From Macrostomum lignano (lineage: Eukaryota), in assembly GCA_002269645.1 (NCBI GenBank), contig NIVC01000094.1:1116001-1180000 (forward strand): a stretch of DNA of 64,000 nt, written 5' to 3'. Made by a program: the position numbers and the translations under genes. The notes under the pieces were generated by a model. That model ran no database searches. It saw only the letters and a list, made by a program, of their open reading frames with translations, and was not told the origin of the DNA. Position 1 is the first letter of the stretch. Each line of letters starts with the position of its first letter. Positions 61,388 through 64,000 of the stretch are shown here, in pieces.

Positions 61388-62545
61388 TTACATCACGGAT
61401 GAAGGAACAGAATGGATTGCCAATCTTGCCAACATCATGGATGAAGGAACAGAATGGATTGCCAATCTTGCCAACATCATGGATGAAGGAACAGAATGGA
61501 TTGCTAATCTAGCCAACACCACGGATGAAGGAACAGATTGGATTGCTAATCTACCCAACATCATGGATGAAGGAACAGAATGGATTGCTAATCTAGACAG
61601 CATCACGGATGAAGGAACAGATTGGATTGCTAATCTAACCAACATCACGGATGAAGGAACAGATTGGATTGCTGATCTAAGCAACATCACGGATGAAGGA
61701 ACAGAATGGATTGCTAATCTACCCAACATCATGGATGAAGGAATAGAATGGATTGCTAATCTAGACAGCATCACGGATGAAGGAACAGATTGGATTGCTA
61801 ATCTAACCAACATCACGGATTAAGGAACAGATTGGATTGCTAATCTAACCAACATCACGGATGAAGGAACAGATTGGATTGCTAATCTAAGCAACATCAC
61901 GGATGAAGGAACAGATTGGATTGCTAATCTAGCCAACATCACGTATAAAGGAATAGAATGGATTGCTAATCTAGACAGCATCACGGATGAAGGAACAGAT
62001 TGGATTGCTGATCTAAGCAACATCACGGATGAAGGAACAGATTGGATTGCTAATCTAGCCAACACCACGGATAAAGGAACAGATTGGATTGCTAATCTAA
62101 GCAACATCACGGATGAAGGAACAGATTGGATTGCTAATCTAAGCAACATCACGGATGAAGGAACAGATTGGATTGCTAATCTAAGCAACATCACGGATGA
62201 AGGAACAGATTGGATTGCTAATCTAGCCAACATCACGGATGAAGGAACAGATTGGATTGCCAATCTAAGCAACATCACGGATGAAGGAACAGATTGGATT
62301 GCTAATCTAAGCAACATCACGGATAAAGGAACAGATTGGATTGCCAATCTAAGCAACATCACGGATGAAGGAACAGATTGGATTGCTAATCTAGCCAGCA
62401 TCACGGATGAAGGAACAGATTGGATTGCTAATCTAGCCAACATCACGGATAAAGGAACAGATTGGATTGCTAATCTAGCCAACATCACGGATAAAGGAAC
62501 AGATTGGATTGCTAATCTAAGCAACATCACGGATAAAGGAACAGA
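61388..62545 (+). repeat. Family A, cluster 4 (42-bp units)
   Basis: catcacggatgaaggaacagattggattgctaatcta(g/a)(c/g)caa, ~27 copies. Confidence 0.95.
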
Positions 62546-63394
62546 ATGTTTATATGATATATTGAATCGCTGTGTACCGACGGAACAGACAAGCCAAGTT
62601 CAGGACCGAAGTTAAGCTGCACTGTGCAAATTGGCCAGAAAGTGGAAAAGTAGGAAAGCCGTAGCAGGGGGAACCCGATCCAATGGGCGCCGCTGGGTCC
62701 CACTGCTGATCCCAGCTCCCACTCGCTCAGTCTCTGGAAACTATTGAAAATCCCCAGATGGTTTGGCGGAACAGACAAGTCCAACAGCATGACCGAAATC
62801 CCCAGTTGGGAATATATTGGAAAATGGCTGACAGCTTTCTACTCTGACTTAGTGATGAAGAGAGCTTGGATGCTGCAGAACGGATATCGAAGCAGTTTCA
62901 AACTGTCGTACTGTTGCTTGAAATGACTGTCAGTATTAAAGAAGAAAATTCACAGGTGAAAGCGTCTATACTTAGTTGTTGCTAGTCTGTCTTTTGCCGT
63001 CACCTGTCGGAACACCTGACTGCTAGACAGTTGGGTGTTTTTGGGCAAGATATTATCTCTTTCCTACCTGCATCTCTTTGGATGCAGAAATGCTGCTCTG
63101 CGTTCGCGCGTTCCGCTCTCGAGCGCGCCAATCACCACCCCAACCAGCCTCCTCCTCCTCCTGGCTGCTTTGCCGTTCTTTTGGAGCATTTCCTGGGAAC
63201 AGAAGCCTACAGCAGCGGGCTCGCTGCAGCTATTGTTCCCGGGTACTTTGAGTAGGGAAGGGCAATATGCGTATTTGTAGCTCTAAAATGGCGCCCTGCA
63301 TTTCTAAAGCGTTTGGAGTGAGAAATTTGTTTTCATGACGTGTTTTGTTGTGCTGAAGTGTCTGAGAACTGCCAATATTGTCCGATTGCCTTAG

Positions 63395-64000
63395 TGTCTT
63401 AAGGGCACCGATACTGTGTCTTAAGGGCGCCGGTATTGTGTCTTAAGGGCACCGATACTGTGTCTTAAAGGGGCACCGATATTGTGTCTTAAAGGGGCAC
63501 CGATATTGTGTCTTAAGGGCACCGATACTGTGTCTTAAAGGGGCGCCGGTATTGTGTCTTAAAGGGGCGCCGGTATTGTGTCTTAAAGGCACCGATATTG
63601 TGTCCTAAGGGCAGCGATATTGTGTCTTAAGGGCACCGATATTGTGTCCTAAGGGCAGCGATATTGTGTCTTAAGGGCACCGATATTGTGTCTTAAAGGG
63701 GCGCCGATATTGTGTCTCAGGGGCGCCAGTATTGTGTCTCAGGGGCGCCAGTATTGTGTCTTAGGGGGCGCCAGTATTGTGTCTCAGGGGGCGCCAGTAT
63801 TGTGTCTCAGAGGGCGCCAGTATTGTGTCTCAGGGGGCGCCAGTAATTGTGTCTCAGGGGGCGCCAGTATTGTGTCTCAGGGGCGCCAGTATTGTGTCTC
63901 AGGGGGCGCCAATATTGTGTCTTAGGGGGCGCCAGTATTGTGTCTCAAGGGGCGCCAGTATTGTGTCTCAGGGGCGCCAGTATTGTGTCTCAGGGGGCGC
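63395..64000. repeat. 23-24-bp minisatellite running off the window end
   Basis: gcaccgatattgtgtcttaaggg grading into gcgccagtattgtgtctcagggg. Confidence 0.95.

Noticed and set aside
62527-63280. Hydrophobic ORFs as the missing signal-peptide exon of the channel or the start of a new gene
   Set aside because: Candidate minus-strand donors give phase 0 or 2, not the required phase 1; the plus-strand ORF lacks an ATG and any downstream exon in the window.

Overview
Eukaryotic, intron-containing genomic DNA. GC-rich exons with polyQ/polyA tracts, about one third of the window in minisatellites, and a flatworm-style orphan GPCR suggest a free-living flatworm such as Macrostomum (inference, not verified). 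Seven protein-coding genes are supported. (1) FAM193-family gene (+, 3582-12187). (2) Small 116-aa orphan ORF (+). (3) HPDL-like dioxygenase (+, 6 exons, one 1-nt frameshift in a C-run). (4) Two-exon rhodopsin-class orphan GPCR (-). (5) Intronless ~1378-aa ankyrin-repeat protein (-). (6) Intronless PKA type II regulatory subunit (+). (7) GABA-A/GRD-like Cys-loop channel (-, 8 exons over ~16.5 kb; signal-peptide exon not found). Two 5'-truncated LINEs of different clades sit in the FAM193 gene. One is an RNase H-bearing I/Ingi-like element in intron 2. The other is an RTE-like element inserted inside coding exon 3, with the full signature of a twin-priming 5' inversion: 25-bp TSD, (GAA)3 tail, 1.9-kb inverted 5' part, and 21-22 bp duplicated at the inversion point. 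Undoing the inversion rebuilds an ORF2 ending in four zinc-finger motifs; removing the insertion rebuilds a 1185-aa FAM193 ORF. Other notable items: a 30-bp-phased array of RFX X-box-like motifs upstream of the GPCR, palindromic CCAAT/E-box cassettes, a four-cluster minisatellite family with 39/42/45-bp units, two repeat-filled introns open in frame, and a hAT-Charlie-like MITE. No rRNA, tRNA or CRISPR array was recognised. All calls were made by eye; no database searches were run.
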